A DNA stretch of 64,000 nt from Octopus vulgaris (Eukaryota), in assembly GCA_951406725.2 (NCBI GenBank), contig OX597814.1, positions 104,966,001-105,030,000 of the forward strand, given 5' to 3'. This document shows, one piece after another, positions 27,204 to 40,689 of this stretch. Below the pieces are notes generated by a model that ran no database searches, was not told the DNA's origin, and saw only the letters and a program-made list of their open reading frames with translations. How positions within the stretch are numbered: the first letter of the stretch is position 1; every line of letters begins with the position of its first letter. A program made the translations under genes and the position numbers.

Positions 27204-28056
27204 TGTATTTATGTATATGAGTTGACTATTTCTTTGCAAGTGCATACACAGGCTTGGACAAAGTTTTTCTGTGAAGGACAGGTGTTTGACCACAACTGTT
27301 GGTTTCCTTTCTGAGCATCGTCGATGTTGCACAACAGAAAAGTCGCTGATTTGGGGCTATTTACGCCTGGAACTAGTATAATATCAAGGTCTCTTTCATT
27401 TTTAGTTGTCTTGTCATTTCTATCAATATATATATATGAATCACCAAATATGTATATATGTATACATGCAAAACGAGAGGAAGCAAAAAGTGGAGGCTTT
27501 CAGTCGTTGAATATTTAAGTATAAATATATAAATATTTATATTAATATATCCAACTTACACAGAGTACAAACGACAGAGAAACGTAAAGACGATGACTCC
27601 GCCACCCCTAGAAACAGCTGCTGGACTTTAACACCTTTCTTCTACGCTTTTAATTTTCCCAGTCGTTTGTCCTCTATTCACATAAACATCTCTATATTTA
27701 TACTTAAATGTGAACCTTCTCTTGTTTTACATGTATACATCTTCACACATTTTGAATTTCATACCCAAACTGTTGTATTTAATATTTTTAATTTGTTTAA
27801 CCACATAACCCCGCCCCTCTCTATCTGCTCAATTGGATCTCTATCTAGTAGCCATTATTAAAGACACAGGAGTCGAAGTTTGATTCATTTTAGCACTGCT
27901 AAGTCTCTACTACACTGAAAATCTCAGGATCTCATCCGTTGATTATAAATACATGAAGAGTAGATAGACAGCCAAAACCTTTTCTGTGTTTACTTGTCCT
28001 GTTTTCCATTTTTCATGTTATTAGCACCGTTGGTGATGTCCTGTACCCATATATGC

Positions 28057-28093
<37 letters not shown>

Positions 28094-28149
28094 CATACGT
28101 TATCTATTATTTCTCTTATATATATTATATATATATATATATATACATA

Positions 28150-28428
28150 CATGATGGCCGTCCACTCGTGACCGAGGAAGACCATTGACGACCTTCAGGA
28201 ACATTGTGCGCTCTAGGGCTAACTTATATTTTGCATTTGCCGCTCCGTTGGTGGCTAAGGAGCCCTGCTCTTGACAAGCATACACGACTGCAAACATTGC
28301 AGACCAAGCTTTCCCCCATTCACTATACGAGCCGTGCGCTTTCGCGCAGCTCGCTTAAGTTCTTCATGCTGGATATGTGCTCTCTCAAAAGTGTCGATCC
28401 CCTCCGTAACCTGCTTCCTCCATCTGTG
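28150..28428 (-). mobile_element. RTE (BovB-like) LINE 3' end
   Basis: RWRKQVTEGIDTFERAHIQHEELKRAARK, frameshifted C-terminal zinc knuckle (C..C-SRVCLSRAGLLSHQRSGKC), short 3' UTR CTTCCTCGGTCACGAGTGGACGGCCATCAT. Confidence 0.8.
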
Positions 28429-29358
28429 GCAATACACACACATGCATAAATAAATACATATACATATATATAGAGAGAGAGAGAGAGAGGGAGGGCAGAG
28501 AGAGGGATGTACTTACACACGCCCGCGCGCACATATACAGTATAGCAGAAAAGAATTCAGTGATTCTCCTCTCAAATAGAACGTTTGACTTATGATTTGC
28601 TAGCTGAAGGTCCAGGCTGTAATTAAAATACACTCCGCTCAATGTACTGCGTCCAGTGCTTCGAGTTTGTCCAAAGATGTTTCGAGAATCAATCAAATAT
28701 CTATGACTATTCGTCTCGCGATGTTCTTCCGAAAATTTTCTTTTCTCCATACCACTCTGCTTCTTTATTTCAAGCGTGCGGATAATCGGTAGCGCGTTGG
28801 TCAGAATAAAACTCCTAGCAGATTCAGACATTAATAAACTATACAAACACACACACATACTTTACACTCACAGATACACATACACACACTCACGCCATAC
28901 ATGTATGTACGTTTGCATGCGCGCGCACAAGTGTGTGTGTGTTTATTATGTATGTGAACCGAAGCCATCTACCAATCTACTTACTTATCAACTCAACTCC
29001 TTACCTATCTACATACCTATCTCTATTTCCCTCCCTACCTATTTCCCCACCTACCTTCTTTTCACCTCCCACCCACATACCGACTTACTCACCCAGGTAA
29101 GTTTAGGCTTACCTCTCTACATATTGCGTGTTTAAACTGTAACCTCATCATGTTCAATTTACTTATATGTACGCATACATACTGAAATACATGATCGCAT
29201 TCATAGGTAGATATAATACGATTAAGCACTAAAACCGTACACTAAGTACTTTCCGTCATTGTATAGTTCATTCATGTTTACACGCATTTCTGTGTGTGTG
29301 TTTGTGTGTGAGTGCGCGCCCATTGTTTCTCACCTTCACTCTTAATGCATATATATAC

Positions 29359-29389
<31 letters not shown>

Positions 29390-29544
29390 TATATATATTT
29401 ATATATAATGCATATATATGCGTGTGTATGTATGTATATATATATATATATATATACATAACAAATTAATAAATAAAACATATGCATATATACATACATA
29501 TATGTACGTACCTACATATATATGTATATATACATGCATATATG

Positions 29545-29610
<66 letters not shown>

Positions 29611-29629
29611 TGCAGAGCCGCGCCTTTAA

Positions 29630-29747
<118 letters not shown>

Positions 29748-30227
29748 ATGCATATACATGCATATATACATATACTCACTCATTCTTCCATACCTAATTA
29801 CATACATACTTTGCTTAGATACCCACAAATTTGCACACATTCTTCAATAGCAAGATGCTCCCCCGACCTCTCATTAACAATATGGAAACCATGCAGAAAC
29901 ACATATGTAAGTTATGCATCATCATATCAAAGGTAAACACACGAATATAGCTGAGCCTCATCCGATGAGAACCAGTTGTATGTTAAGTGATTCCAAGGAG
30001 ATATTTGGTCACGTGCCAGTTATCAAAAGTCCCAACTCAGAGGGAAACCTATGAGGGTACAATGAATTTGTACCTGGGTTTTACCTGAAATACTTTCCAA
30101 TTGCGTTTCGCTTCTAGCAAGTTTTCGACAATATGGAGACCATGCAAAACACATGTTATTTCATCATTTCAAGTTCAGACGTAGATTTAAAAATCGACAC
30201 TCTTACGGACACTTATAAATACACAAC

Positions 30228-30301
<74 letters not shown>

Positions 30302-30400
30302 ACACACATACACACGTATATATATCCGTGTGACTGAGTATATACACATTAATGAACACATACACACACATTGTATATATATATATATATTATTCTTAAG

Positions 30401-30786
30401 TGGAGGTGCAATGGCCCAGTTGTTAGGAGAGCGGACTCGCAGTGGTAGGATCGTTTCCCAGAGCAGGCTTTGTAAGTGCTTATTGAGAGAAAACACCTAA
30501 AGCTCCACGAGGCTCCGGCAGTGGGTGTTAGCGAACCCTGCTGTATTCTTTCACCACAACTTTCTCTCACTCTTTCTCTGTACCTGTTGTACCTGTTGTT
30601 TCTGTTGTACCCTTATTTCAAAGGGGTCAGCCGTGTCACACTCTGTGTCACGCTGAATCTCCTCGAGATTCAGCGAGGTACACGTATCGTGGAGTTCTCA
30701 GCCAATTGCAGGTTAACTTCACGAGCAGGCTGTCCCGTTGATCGGATCATCTGGAACCGTCTTCGTCGTAACCGACGGAGTGCCCC
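30401..30786 (+). mobile_element. tRNA-Arg-like SINE (Octopus OR-type), tail variant A
   Basis: GGAGGTGCAATGGCCCAGT-GTTAGG..GCGGACTCGC head; AAAACACCTAAAGCTCCACGAGGCTCCGGCAG body shared with 53528. Confidence 0.8.
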
Positions 30787-31084
30787 GATTATTCTTAAAA
30801 TTGTTATAGACACTGACTTAAAGATATGTTTATAAAAACAAAATCAATGATGTCGCTATTAGTCGTCCATTGTTAATATATAAAGATGTGACCTCGACAT
30901 CGTATACAACTGAACTAACCATGCATGCTTGATCTAGCAGGTAAGTATCTAGGTTCCTGAAGTTGTATATTTGCATTTGTGTACCTACTGTGACTCGCTT
31001 GTAATAATGCTTTACTTGTTAAGGCAGTAGGTGCTAGAAAATTATTAGACTATATGAAAGTGACTCCACCCCACAAAAAAAAAA

Positions 31085-31730
31085 TGGAAAAGAAAAAATA
31101 CGCTAAACACCAGACTTGTTTCCGGCATGTAGATAAATAAGAAAATCATTAAACTAGCTAGCCTCGTTTGGAACCTGAAGGCCAAAATCACCTCAGATAC
31201 TATCAAGTGGGGCATCGATGAGCGAACTAGGCCATACGGTAATTGGTCAAGACAATGCAGGCTTTGTATAGCTGAAAGCCTTTTAAATTTTAGAACCCCA
31301 TGAACCTACAATACTCCATGTTAGAAATTTGCACCAGATGCAAGTATCAAGACAATTTTCTACTATTGAACTGGAGGACGGCATCCTCTCCGACGTAGGC
31401 ATTCAGTCTTATGAATTTTAGCCTATCCGATTAAACCCCACCAAACCATTATTAATTCATAAATAAAAATTTTATTAGCATTCTCCTTCTAACAGGCTTA
31501 AATTCCTTCCCCTCCAAGTTTTCCTTTTTTCTCTTTCTTTTTTATATTTCGTTTTTGGATTTGGTTTGCAAGATTCTTTATGCGAGTTCGGGTGTTGAAG
31601 CATATTCTGTTGTGTCTGGGGAAAGTATTTTTTTTTTGTGCCTTATAATGTAATACACTCACCGGTAAAATTTCCACTTATTTCTTATTTTTTATTTTCC
31701 TAAAATTTTCGTTGCTTGCTTTTTCTCAGA
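31085..31730 (+). mobile_element. Decayed PLE 3' fragment (GIY-YIG C-terminus + tail)
   Basis: KHQTCFRH..KLASLVWNLK..IKWGIDERTRPYGNWSRQCRLCIAE..EICTRCKYQDNFLL; stop at ~31398. Confidence 0.75.
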
Positions 31731-31865
31731 GAGCTGATATGTTTATTCTCAGCATGGACGATTGCAGCATAGCATACGGGCATGCTATACAAGCCCGCCC
31801 CATTACTCTACAGTCCGGGCATGAAATTTAAAGAGTTCTCATATAAATCCTGGCGTTTTTAATAT

Positions 31866-32095
31866 TCTTTTATTCTTTTATTCTTTTACTTGTTTCGATA
31901 ATTTCGCTTCGGCCATGCCGGAGCACCGTCTTAAACTGTGTTTTTGTCGAATAAATCGACCCCAGGACTTATTCTGTGGAAGCCTAGTACTTATTCTATC
32001 GGTCTGTTTTGTCGATCCGCTAAGTTACGAGGAGATAAACACACCAACATCGGTTGTCAAGCGGTGGTGGGGACCAAACAGACACAAAGACACAC
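31866..32095 (-). mobile_element. SINE 3' half (11796 family)
   Basis: CGGCCATGCCGGAGCACCG..TCGACCCCAGGACTTATTC..CTAGTACTTATTCTATCGGTC. Confidence 0.82.
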
Positions 32096-32122
32096 ATATA
32101 AATATATATTATGTATATATAT

Positions 32123-32190
<68 letters not shown>

Positions 32191-32253
32191 AGTATATACT
32201 TTATAAAAATAGGGTAAAGTAAAATAATTTACTTTACCACATACTGAACTTTT

Positions 32254-32731
32254 TAGAAATAGCAGCCAAAAATTTGGCTATTTCTTCTACTGCAAGAAAA
32301 TTCTCCCAGACAATGCATACTCAGAAATAACTCACATAGGTATAAGGGAAAATCAACGAAAATCAAAAATTTTAACTACAGTTTTGTCTCTGTAGGAATG
32401 CACTACTCTGTAGCTCACGTGGGTGGACATTTGTATTTTTGGATTCGCTGGTACTGGTGGTCTGGCATGGTTTGTCCGGTGTTACTCATATCGGACGGGT
32501 ATGTTGGATTTTTAGTACTTTCAAATTCAAATCAGAAGAAATCTCTGAGCTGATGAAGGAAATGTTGGCGTTTAGTCAAATAATCCAGAAACAGGCTTGT
32601 CCTCGGGTGATCTCATATGGATGTGATCTTTCGTTGATTTTCCCGTATACCTATGTGAGTTATTTCTGAGTACGCGTTGTCTGGGAGACTTTTCTTGCAG
32701 TAGAAGAAATAGCCAAATTTTTGGCTGCTAT
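32254..32731. repeat. PLE-type inverted repeat (32254-32366 / 32624-32731) enclosing an HHR
   Basis: Arms are near-exact reverse complements (AGCAGCCAAAAATTTGGCTATTTCTTCTACTGCAAGAAAA...). Confidence 0.8.
32545..32606 (+). ncRNA. Type-I hammerhead ribozyme motif
   Basis: CTGAG-CTGATGA-A-GGA...TCC-A-GAAAC-AGGCTT-GTC|CTCGG; 5-bp stem I, near-palindromic stem III. Confidence 0.75.
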
Positions 32732-32751
32732 ATATGTATATATATATATAA

Positions 32752-32850
32752 ATGCGACGAGCTTCTTTCAGTTTCCATCTACTAAATTCCCTCACAAGGC
32801 TTTGGTCGTCCGGTAGTTTTAATAGAAGGCACATGCTCAAGGTGCCCACA
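32752..32850 (-). mobile_element. SINE fragment (11796 family) ending at the Tc1-like MITE
   Basis: CGACGAGCTTCTTTCAGTTTCCATCTACTAAATTCCCTCACAAGGCTTTGGTCG. Confidence 0.75.
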
Positions 32851-32852
32851 TA

Positions 32853-33316
32853 GGGTGCGGACGGTATTTGAGGACATATTTATGGTTTTAAAAGGACGCT
32901 TATGTAATAAAAGAAAAAAAAACTGAATTATTATAAAAATAGCATAAATAGAAAGCTAAATTATCAATTTCATGATTTCATTCAATAAAACCACCATAAG
33001 CATCAATAACTGCATCTGCACGAGGTTGAAATCGTTTATAAACGCGGTATGCTTATAAAATTAGAGCGTTTGGAATGTTTTTACTCGCTTCCATCTTCTT
33101 TCTCTAACTCAGATTGAATCTTGTTGACAAAAGATCTTGCAACTTTCAGAAAACGAAAGATTTCTGAAGCAGCACGCTTAGCTTTCAAAGCCACAATCAC
33201 AGCATGCCTTTTCATTTCATTAGTAAGCATAAGGGCTGCCAAGGTTATTTTCTGAAATAGAAGTTCGATAGAAATTAGTCAAATAAAATATGCAGGTGTC
33301 CTCAAATAGCATTCGC

Positions 33317-33320
<4 letters not shown>
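32853..33320 (-). mobile_element. Non-autonomous Tc1/mariner element with TIRs and TA target duplication
   Basis: TA-GGGTGCGGACGGTATTTGAGGACA ... TGTCCTCAAATAGCATTCGCACCC-TA; internal transposase N-terminus MLTNEMKRHAVIVALKAKRAASEIFRFLKVARSFVNKI. Confidence 0.82.
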
Positions 33321-33404
<84 letters not shown>

Positions 33405-33407
<3 letters not shown>

Positions 33408-34018
33408 TATTATAAAAGGCAGATTTTAATCTGCCTCCCTTTGGGAGTTATAGAAATCTACAATATAGGATTTCTTCAATTACAATTTACCTAGCATTTT
33501 TAAGAGTAGAATGCATCGCGTCATGCCAGGTCCAGTTTTTAAATTTTAAACTCCAATTAAGCAAAATTTACAGAAAACTCACATTCTGGTGTGTGTGTCA
33601 AATGCTTTTCTTAGTCTGGTTTACACCACACGCAAACGCACACACACAGTGTGCAACGAATAAAATGAAAGTAAATAGCGACAGAGTGATTTGAGGAAGA
33701 CTAAACTGAAAGTATTTAAACCACTACTCAAAAAATAAAAAACACAGCAAACAGAAACAAATAAATACATAACCATTTACTCCTCACACAATTTCTTCAA
33801 TTAGAATTTACCTAAGATTTTTCAAAGTACTCCATTCGCTCATGCCATAATATATTTCTTTCAATTTCACCCCTAATTAAGACAAAATTCGAGAAAACTC
33901 AATATTTTAACATTTCACTTTGAAGCCTTTACTCTGCCTATTACTCCAACTTCCTCTTTAGACACATAGACACGCTAATATATACGACAGTGTCAATTGT
34001 TGACAGACATTGTAAGCT

Positions 34019-34055
<37 letters not shown>

Positions 34056-36908
34056 GTCTGTGCGTGTGTGTCTGTGTGTGTGTGTGTGTATGTGTGTGAC
34101 AGGGGTGAGCCATTAGGACATCCTGGTGTCAAGTTTAACAGTTGTCTAGGAAGAGTCTACACTGTACCTCCAAACCAACATGACTGTTTTCACCTGCGCC
34201 TTCTCCTCCATGAGGTTTTAGGCCCACAAAGTTTTCAAGACATCAGAACTGTTGATGGTGTATTATGTGATACTTTCCGTGAAGCCTGGTTTCGGCGTCG
34301 ACTTTTGGAGGATGATTCACAATGGGGCGCCACTATGGCAGAAGGTGTTTCATTAAAATCTCCTAAAAAATCAGATCGCTTTTCGCTATTCTATTACTAT
34401 GGTGTGACTTGGCTAATCCCGCCTATTTATGGCTTACCTACAAAGATGATATGTCTGAAGATTTCCTGCATCACGCTCAATCGCTACATCCATCAATGGA
34501 GGTCGGGTACACTGACCTCATTTACAACAGGGCGCTGCTTGAAATCGAAGATACTGTACTCGATATGGGCGGTAGTGCCTTGCCGGTCTATGGCCTACCT
34601 TCAACAAACCGGGAAGGCACAAACACTCTGTCTTCACATTTGCTGCGTGAGACATGTTTTAATGTTGACGAGCTTGCCGAGTACATAGCCGACAATGAGC
34701 CAAAGCTCATTCCAGAACAGAAGTTCGCTTACAACTCCGTTGTTAATTCAGTCCGGGCCAAAGCTGGGGACATTTTTTTCCTGGACGCTCCTGGGGGCAC
34801 TGGGAAAACTTTTGTCAACAAATTAATATTGGCTGAGATTAGGCGAACACAAGGCATTGCCCTAGCTGTGGCATCATCTGGAATTGCGGCTACTTTGTTG
34901 CCAGGCGGCAGGACAGCTCACTCTACTTTCAAACTCCGACTTGACTTAGCGAAGACTGAGACACCAACTTGCAACATCAGTAACAGCTCCGATCAGGCAG
35001 AAGTCTTCAGACGATGCAAGCTTATCGTTTGGGATGAATGCACGATGGCCCACAGAGGTGCTCTTGAGGCACTAGATAGATCTCTCAGAGACATCAAACA
35101 CTCTTCAGCTCCCATGGGAGGCATAACACTTCTTCTTTCAGGGGACTTCCGACAAACACTTCCCGTTATTCCCAAAGGGACTAGAGCTGATGCTGTAAGT
35201 GCGTGTCTTAAGTCATCCACATTGTGGCCACTGGTGAAGACTCTCAAACTTCACACCAATATGCGTGCTCATATGCGACGTGATATCACATCAGCAGCAT
35301 TTTCTCACACCCTCCTTGCACTTGGCGAAGGCAAAATACCAGGGGATGAAAATGGTAATATTGCCATCGATTCCATTTGTACCATTGTTAACACGCCTTC
35401 TGATCTCAGAGATGCAGTCTTCCCAGATCTACAAGCTAATTATCAGAATATGGATTGGATTGGCCAAAGGGCTATTCTGGCCCCGAGGAATAAAACTGTT
35501 CACCATATTAATGATGAAATGCTAAAACTCATTCCTGGGGATGTCTATGTATATAAGTCTATTGATACAACTCCTGACCCAGACGACGTCATCAATTATC
35601 CAATAGAGGTAATCAATTCCTTTGAGCCCCCGGACTACCACCACACATTCTCAAACTTAAAGTTGGTGCCCCTATAATGCTCATTAGAAATTTGGTTCCC
35701 CCAAAACAATGTAATGGCACACGTTTGATCGTTAAGTCCTTATCTCCCAATCTGATTGAGGCCACCATTATCACAGGGTGCGGTCGAGGCAACGTTGTGC
35801 TCATACCTAGGATGCATCTTTTCCCATCAGGAGCAGACCTACCTTTCATATTTCGGAGGTCCCAGTTCCCAGTAAGGCCATGTTTCGCAATGTCAATTAA
35901 CAAAGCGCAGGGTCAAACACTGTCTGTGGCGGGAATACATTTGGGAGAGCCATGTTTCTCTCATGGTCAGCTTTATGTTGGCTGCTCACGTGTCGGCAGC
36001 AACAGTGATGCTTTCGCATTCCTTCCACAACGAAAAACAAAAAACATTGTGTACAAGGAGGTTTTATAGGATTACTACGTTTCATCATTTTCAAACACGT
36101 TAGTATTTCACTTACATACGACTCTCTTTTATGACGGCATTTACATTTCTAGGCGTTTCATTACATTAATTCACACTTAACTAACACCTGTCCTTCGCTC
36201 AACTCTATTTCTATCCATTCATCATCAAACCACCAGCCTCATCTTCTATATCCAACGTACACGACACATCTACCCCCTACATCTACACTCTCATTGTTAA
36301 AGTTTACATGAGCGACAACACGATCGCAACATACACTTTCGAAACTAATCAACAGATCATTTTATACAACAACAAATTTAATCAAAACGCCCATCAATGA
36401 AAACATCTCCACCGCTGTATTGTGATTCACCTAATCAGCACCACTACAGTCTTGCCGGTCTGACATATGGTGAGTAGATGCTATTGTTCTATATTTTATA
36501 AATTACACATATTTACTTACCCATGCTTCATTCTTCTCTTGCCTACATATGAAATCCACTCTCTTTTAACACAGCATCAAGTTTTGTAACAGCACATCCG
36601 CTGCCGTTCGTGCAATACGAAGAGACCCTATTCACCTGCGAACGTTTTACATCGCCTTCCACGACTATCAAATTCTTACAATTATGAGAACAATAACATG
36701 GCTCATTTCAAGGCAACCTCACATTCAATTCTTACACCATTCTACGAGGGGTAGGAACACCTTTACATGGCTTTCTATACACTTACAAATACATTCATTC
36801 GCCGTGAACTTATATCAATATTTGCCTGAATAATCATCATAATTCAGTGCAATCATTAACAGTACTTTCAAGCAATTCAGCCCCGAGCAACGCCGGGCAA
36901 TTCTGCTA

Positions 36909-36909
<1 letters not shown>
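33405..36909 (+). mobile_element. Helitron internal-deletion derivative with both termini
   Basis: 5' TC after host A (33404); 3' hairpin GCCCCGAGCAACGCCGGGC then CTAG (36906-36909) before host T; PIF1-family helicase inside; no Rep/HUH domain seen. Confidence 0.92.
34100..36069 (+). pseudogene. Helitron RepHel C-terminal PIF1-like (SF1B) helicase, frameshifted
   Basis: LGRVYTV..FHLRLLL..GPQSFQDIRTVDG; DAPGGTGKT; VASSGIAATLLPGGRTAHSTF; IVWDE; GDFRQTLPV; ILAPRN; CNGTRL; [20 protein letters not shown]; [13 protein letters not shown]. Confidence 0.95.
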
Positions 36910-36947
<38 letters not shown>

Positions 36948-36994
36948 CATATATACATACACATATGTGTGTGTGTGTATAAGTATGTATATAT

Positions 36995-37475
36995 ACCTCT
37001 ATGATGGTACATACCTTTGCCTCTCTGTCCCAGACGACGATATCCAGCCTGTTATGCTTACATTTGACAGAAGTTTTGATGAGAATTTTCCGCCAGTATT
37101 CCTTTAGTTGGTGTTTATGAATGTATTCCATAACAGAGGGATTTTCTAAGTTTATTTCAGGACAGTCTTTTATGCGAGATTATCAGGGAGAGAGTGCTTC
37201 CTGGGGAGATCATTGCCAACTCGTACAATGTTGATCACTTCACTTTTCAGCACTGCATTTATACATTTATTTTTGCTACTGTTGTTTAACAGGTGCTGCC
37301 TGAGAGATACCATAAGGCATTCGAAGGCTGTCTGCCCTGATAGCAGGTCTCTGTCACCTTCATTTCTTATATAGAGCCCGTCAACATCAGTGTTTCTGTG
37401 AAAGTTTCCAGCTGTTGTCGGGATTTTGCGGGTTTTGATATCTATGGAGAGGATTTCCTTTACAGCCAAATCAAG
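36995..37475 (-). mobile_element. Dong/R4-like non-LTR remnant (RT thumb + RLE fragment)
   Basis: IDIKTRKIPTTAGNFHRNTDVDGLYIRNEGDRDL; KCKHNRLDIVVWDREAKVCTIIEV. Confidence 0.78.
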
Positions 37476-37509
37476 TAAGTATGTATGTACGTATATATCT
37501 ATGTATGTC

Positions 37510-38165
37510 ATTATTCAGTTTATTTTAAGATTTCTTGCCAATGGAGAAAGTGCCGGTTTCTAACCTAGATCTGAAGCTCCTCCATTGGAATTTCAACATC
37601 AACAATTGGGTGTTTTGTTTGTTTGTATGTATGTATTTATGTGCAGATTTGTATATTTTATGTATGTATTCTCGTGCATATAGTAGACATGTTCATATAT
37701 ATTTGAACAATAAACGTCTGGAAAGTTTTACAGATTTTTAAAGTTCCAGTGATAGCTTGGATCTGTTGTCTTCGAATTAGCTTTCTCCTTCCTGATCTTC
37801 AGAAGCCTAATTTCTCAAGATTGGTTTTTAGACCGTGTGTTACATATCCCAGAGCCTCAATAATTACAGGTATAGATCCGAACTTGTAATCTGGATAGAC
37901 TAACTGCAGATTTCTCAATAGTTCAGTATAGCTGTTCTCTTTTTCACTGTTTCTTCAGCTTCATGGAAACATCCACTGGGCAGCTAATTTCCACAACTAT
38001 GCACAGTTTCTCTTCTCTATCCCAAATAATTATATCAGGTCTGTTGTGCTTACATTTTATTGAGGTCTTCACTGGGACATTCCACCAGTTCTCCGTTTTA
38101 TTATGAGTGGCTATGGCTTCCACCATATTGTGGGTTCCTACTAATTTGTCCTCATGATTATCCTA
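37510..38165 (-). mobile_element. Dong/R4-like non-LTR 3' end (restriction-like endonuclease + 3' UTR)
   Basis: WWNVPVKTSIKCKHNRPDIIIWDREEKLCIVVEISCPVD..Y-ELLRNLQL-YPDYKF..IPVIIEALGYV. Confidence 0.85.
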
Positions 38166-38249
38166 AGTATGTACGTATGCATGCATGTATGCATGTATGT
38201 ATACACGCACATTTATATATAAGGTTTGTAAATATATTTGCAAATCATT

Positions 38250-38480
38250 TTTTAACCAAATCGATGTTGTCTACAAGAATGATGCCACCATTCAAGACTT
38301 TTCTCACTGCCTTAAATCGCTGTTCCATAAAGCAATCTTTGGTTTCGACTTCACTTAGAAGTGTCTCTTCAAAACGTTTAGCGGAATTTCCAGCTTTCTA
38401 ACTTAACCGAAGTTTCCCATCGATGTTATAAAATGCTTTCGCTGAAAGCGGGTGGCTATGTCTTGTCATGATCGCCATAA
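38250..38480 (-). mobile_element. Very decayed mariner transposase N-terminus
   Basis: QRFKA-EKSLE..HSCR resembles mariner RF.G..SLED..SGRP across frameshifts. Confidence 0.35.
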
Positions 38481-38897
38481 TAAAAAAAATAATAATAATA
38501 AAAATGGATAACGATATAAAAAAACTATACCGATTATAATGTATTTTTACAACATAAAAGTTTATTGAACGTCCAGTGATATATGAAATAAACATATTTG
38601 ATATTTTTCAAGTTTTATTGCACTGACTTACTTTTCATGGATGCTAGAATTGAAAATGGAGGCCAAATACGAAACACACACATTTACTCCATCTTGGTCC
38701 TGTCAGATCTCAATTTCGTAGGTGGCACTTTATGACTCTAACATATTTTAGCATCAACTTAATTCCGCCATTGAAATGATCGCTATTACCAACATTACGA
38801 GCATATTGACATGGCTGTGAGAATAATCCAATACCTCGCGGATTATATCGTTTCTGACGAATGTGCCATTACATACATACATACATACATACATACA

Positions 38898-39024
<127 letters not shown>

Positions 39025-39031
39025 ATGTATG

Positions 39032-39067
<36 letters not shown>

Positions 39068-39377
39068 AACATGGTATGGTAATCTTTATTTTTTCTTTTT
39101 TTTTCGCTGGGTTTGAGTGGTGGTTCGGTCGAGGGTTATTGTATACTGAGTGAAGTACAGTGGTTTATCAGCTTTCACGATTGACAGATTTAAGATAGGA
39201 CTACAAAACAGGCTTTTGTTTTTAATGTTAAGTGGCATTTATGTTGCGTCACCGTTAGCTTTTCCGCCCAATTTTGTTGGAGTAGAAGGGGTATAAATAC
39301 ACACGCATACACACACACAGCACATTCGTAGATTCAAGTACACAGTCGGATGAATGAGATTACACACACACACACAG

Positions 39378-39408
<31 letters not shown>

Positions 39409-40689
39409 CATATGTATATGTATGTATATATATGTACATATACATATATATACATATATATATTTCATGTACATGCATACATGTATATACACACACAAAC
39501 ACACACACACACACACACACAAACATGCATATATGTGATATGTGTGCATGCATATGTGAGTTCATATACGTAAAAGTTTCTTCGTGTGCGGTATAGAGAC
39601 ACACTGGAATGTATACGCGTGCACACACACGTGCGCGGACACACATACACACACTCACGCAAAGACACACACAGTAACAGATATACACATATACTATTAG
39701 AGAAGGAGAGAGCGTGCGAGCGAGAAAGAGAGAGAGAGAGAAGGGGGGAGAGAGAGGGAGTTTAATAACAATCTATGTGTTGGCAATAGAGGAGTTTCGT
39801 GACAGATTTATGTCTCTTTATTGCTCGGCTATCAATGCAATATCGTCTTTCTGTATGGTTTCTGTGCGGCTGCGAAAGTAGTTATATCTGAGCTATTATA
39901 GCCGAATGTATTAAACATTAACCTTCAACGGTCTTTTCAACACTTTCCTTTTTTTTCCCTTGTGTAGTAAACATGCGTTTTCTGTGACAGATCCCTGGCA
40001 GGAGTTTTTTTATTATTATTTTATATATAACCTGTAAATGGAACTTGAAAGTGAGTCTGTAAAATGTTAGCATACATTTAAATATCTGGCGAAGTAAAGT
40101 AAAGCTTTGAGGGTAGAAGATTGAGGCTTTGAAAATAAATCTTATGAGAAGCTTTTACACATCAGCATATTTCGCCATCTTGCTATCTTTAATTGAACAT
40201 TTCTGTACTCAATATTGGCAACCTAAGATTAAGGAAATGTTGCTGGTTGATCGCCATTTTATTCCTTTTAGCTTGAGCTTGAAGAATTCTGGGTTAAAAA
40301 AGTGAAACAAGAAATATGAAGACTGGCTCTGGTTGAAGGCAGTATCAAAGTTTAATCGAATTACATGTTTTCTTTATCAAATATGAAGGATATTACTCGT
40401 ATTTAATATAGAATTTCCCCAGGAATACTTTTGAATTTATAATTTTATTGTGGTTACTCGAAAACTCCTGAAATTAGCGTAAATTGCCTTCTACTACAAA
40501 TGTAGCTTACTTTAATTTTGCTGCTCTGTTATTTGTTTCCTTCCGGTTGATTTTGAATCAGGAGGAATACAGCAGCCTTTATTTTGGTCAGAAATTGAAA
40601 GACCAACCAAACGCTAGGACTTGCATTAGAGCATTCAGTAATTTGAATTATTGTAACCAGGAACGAGTGAATAGATGAATTTGAACCCG

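Noticed and set aside
29877-30170. Diverged ~40-bp direct repeat ~250 bp apart as retrozyme LTRs
   Set aside because: No HHR core or TSD found; only two weak copies.
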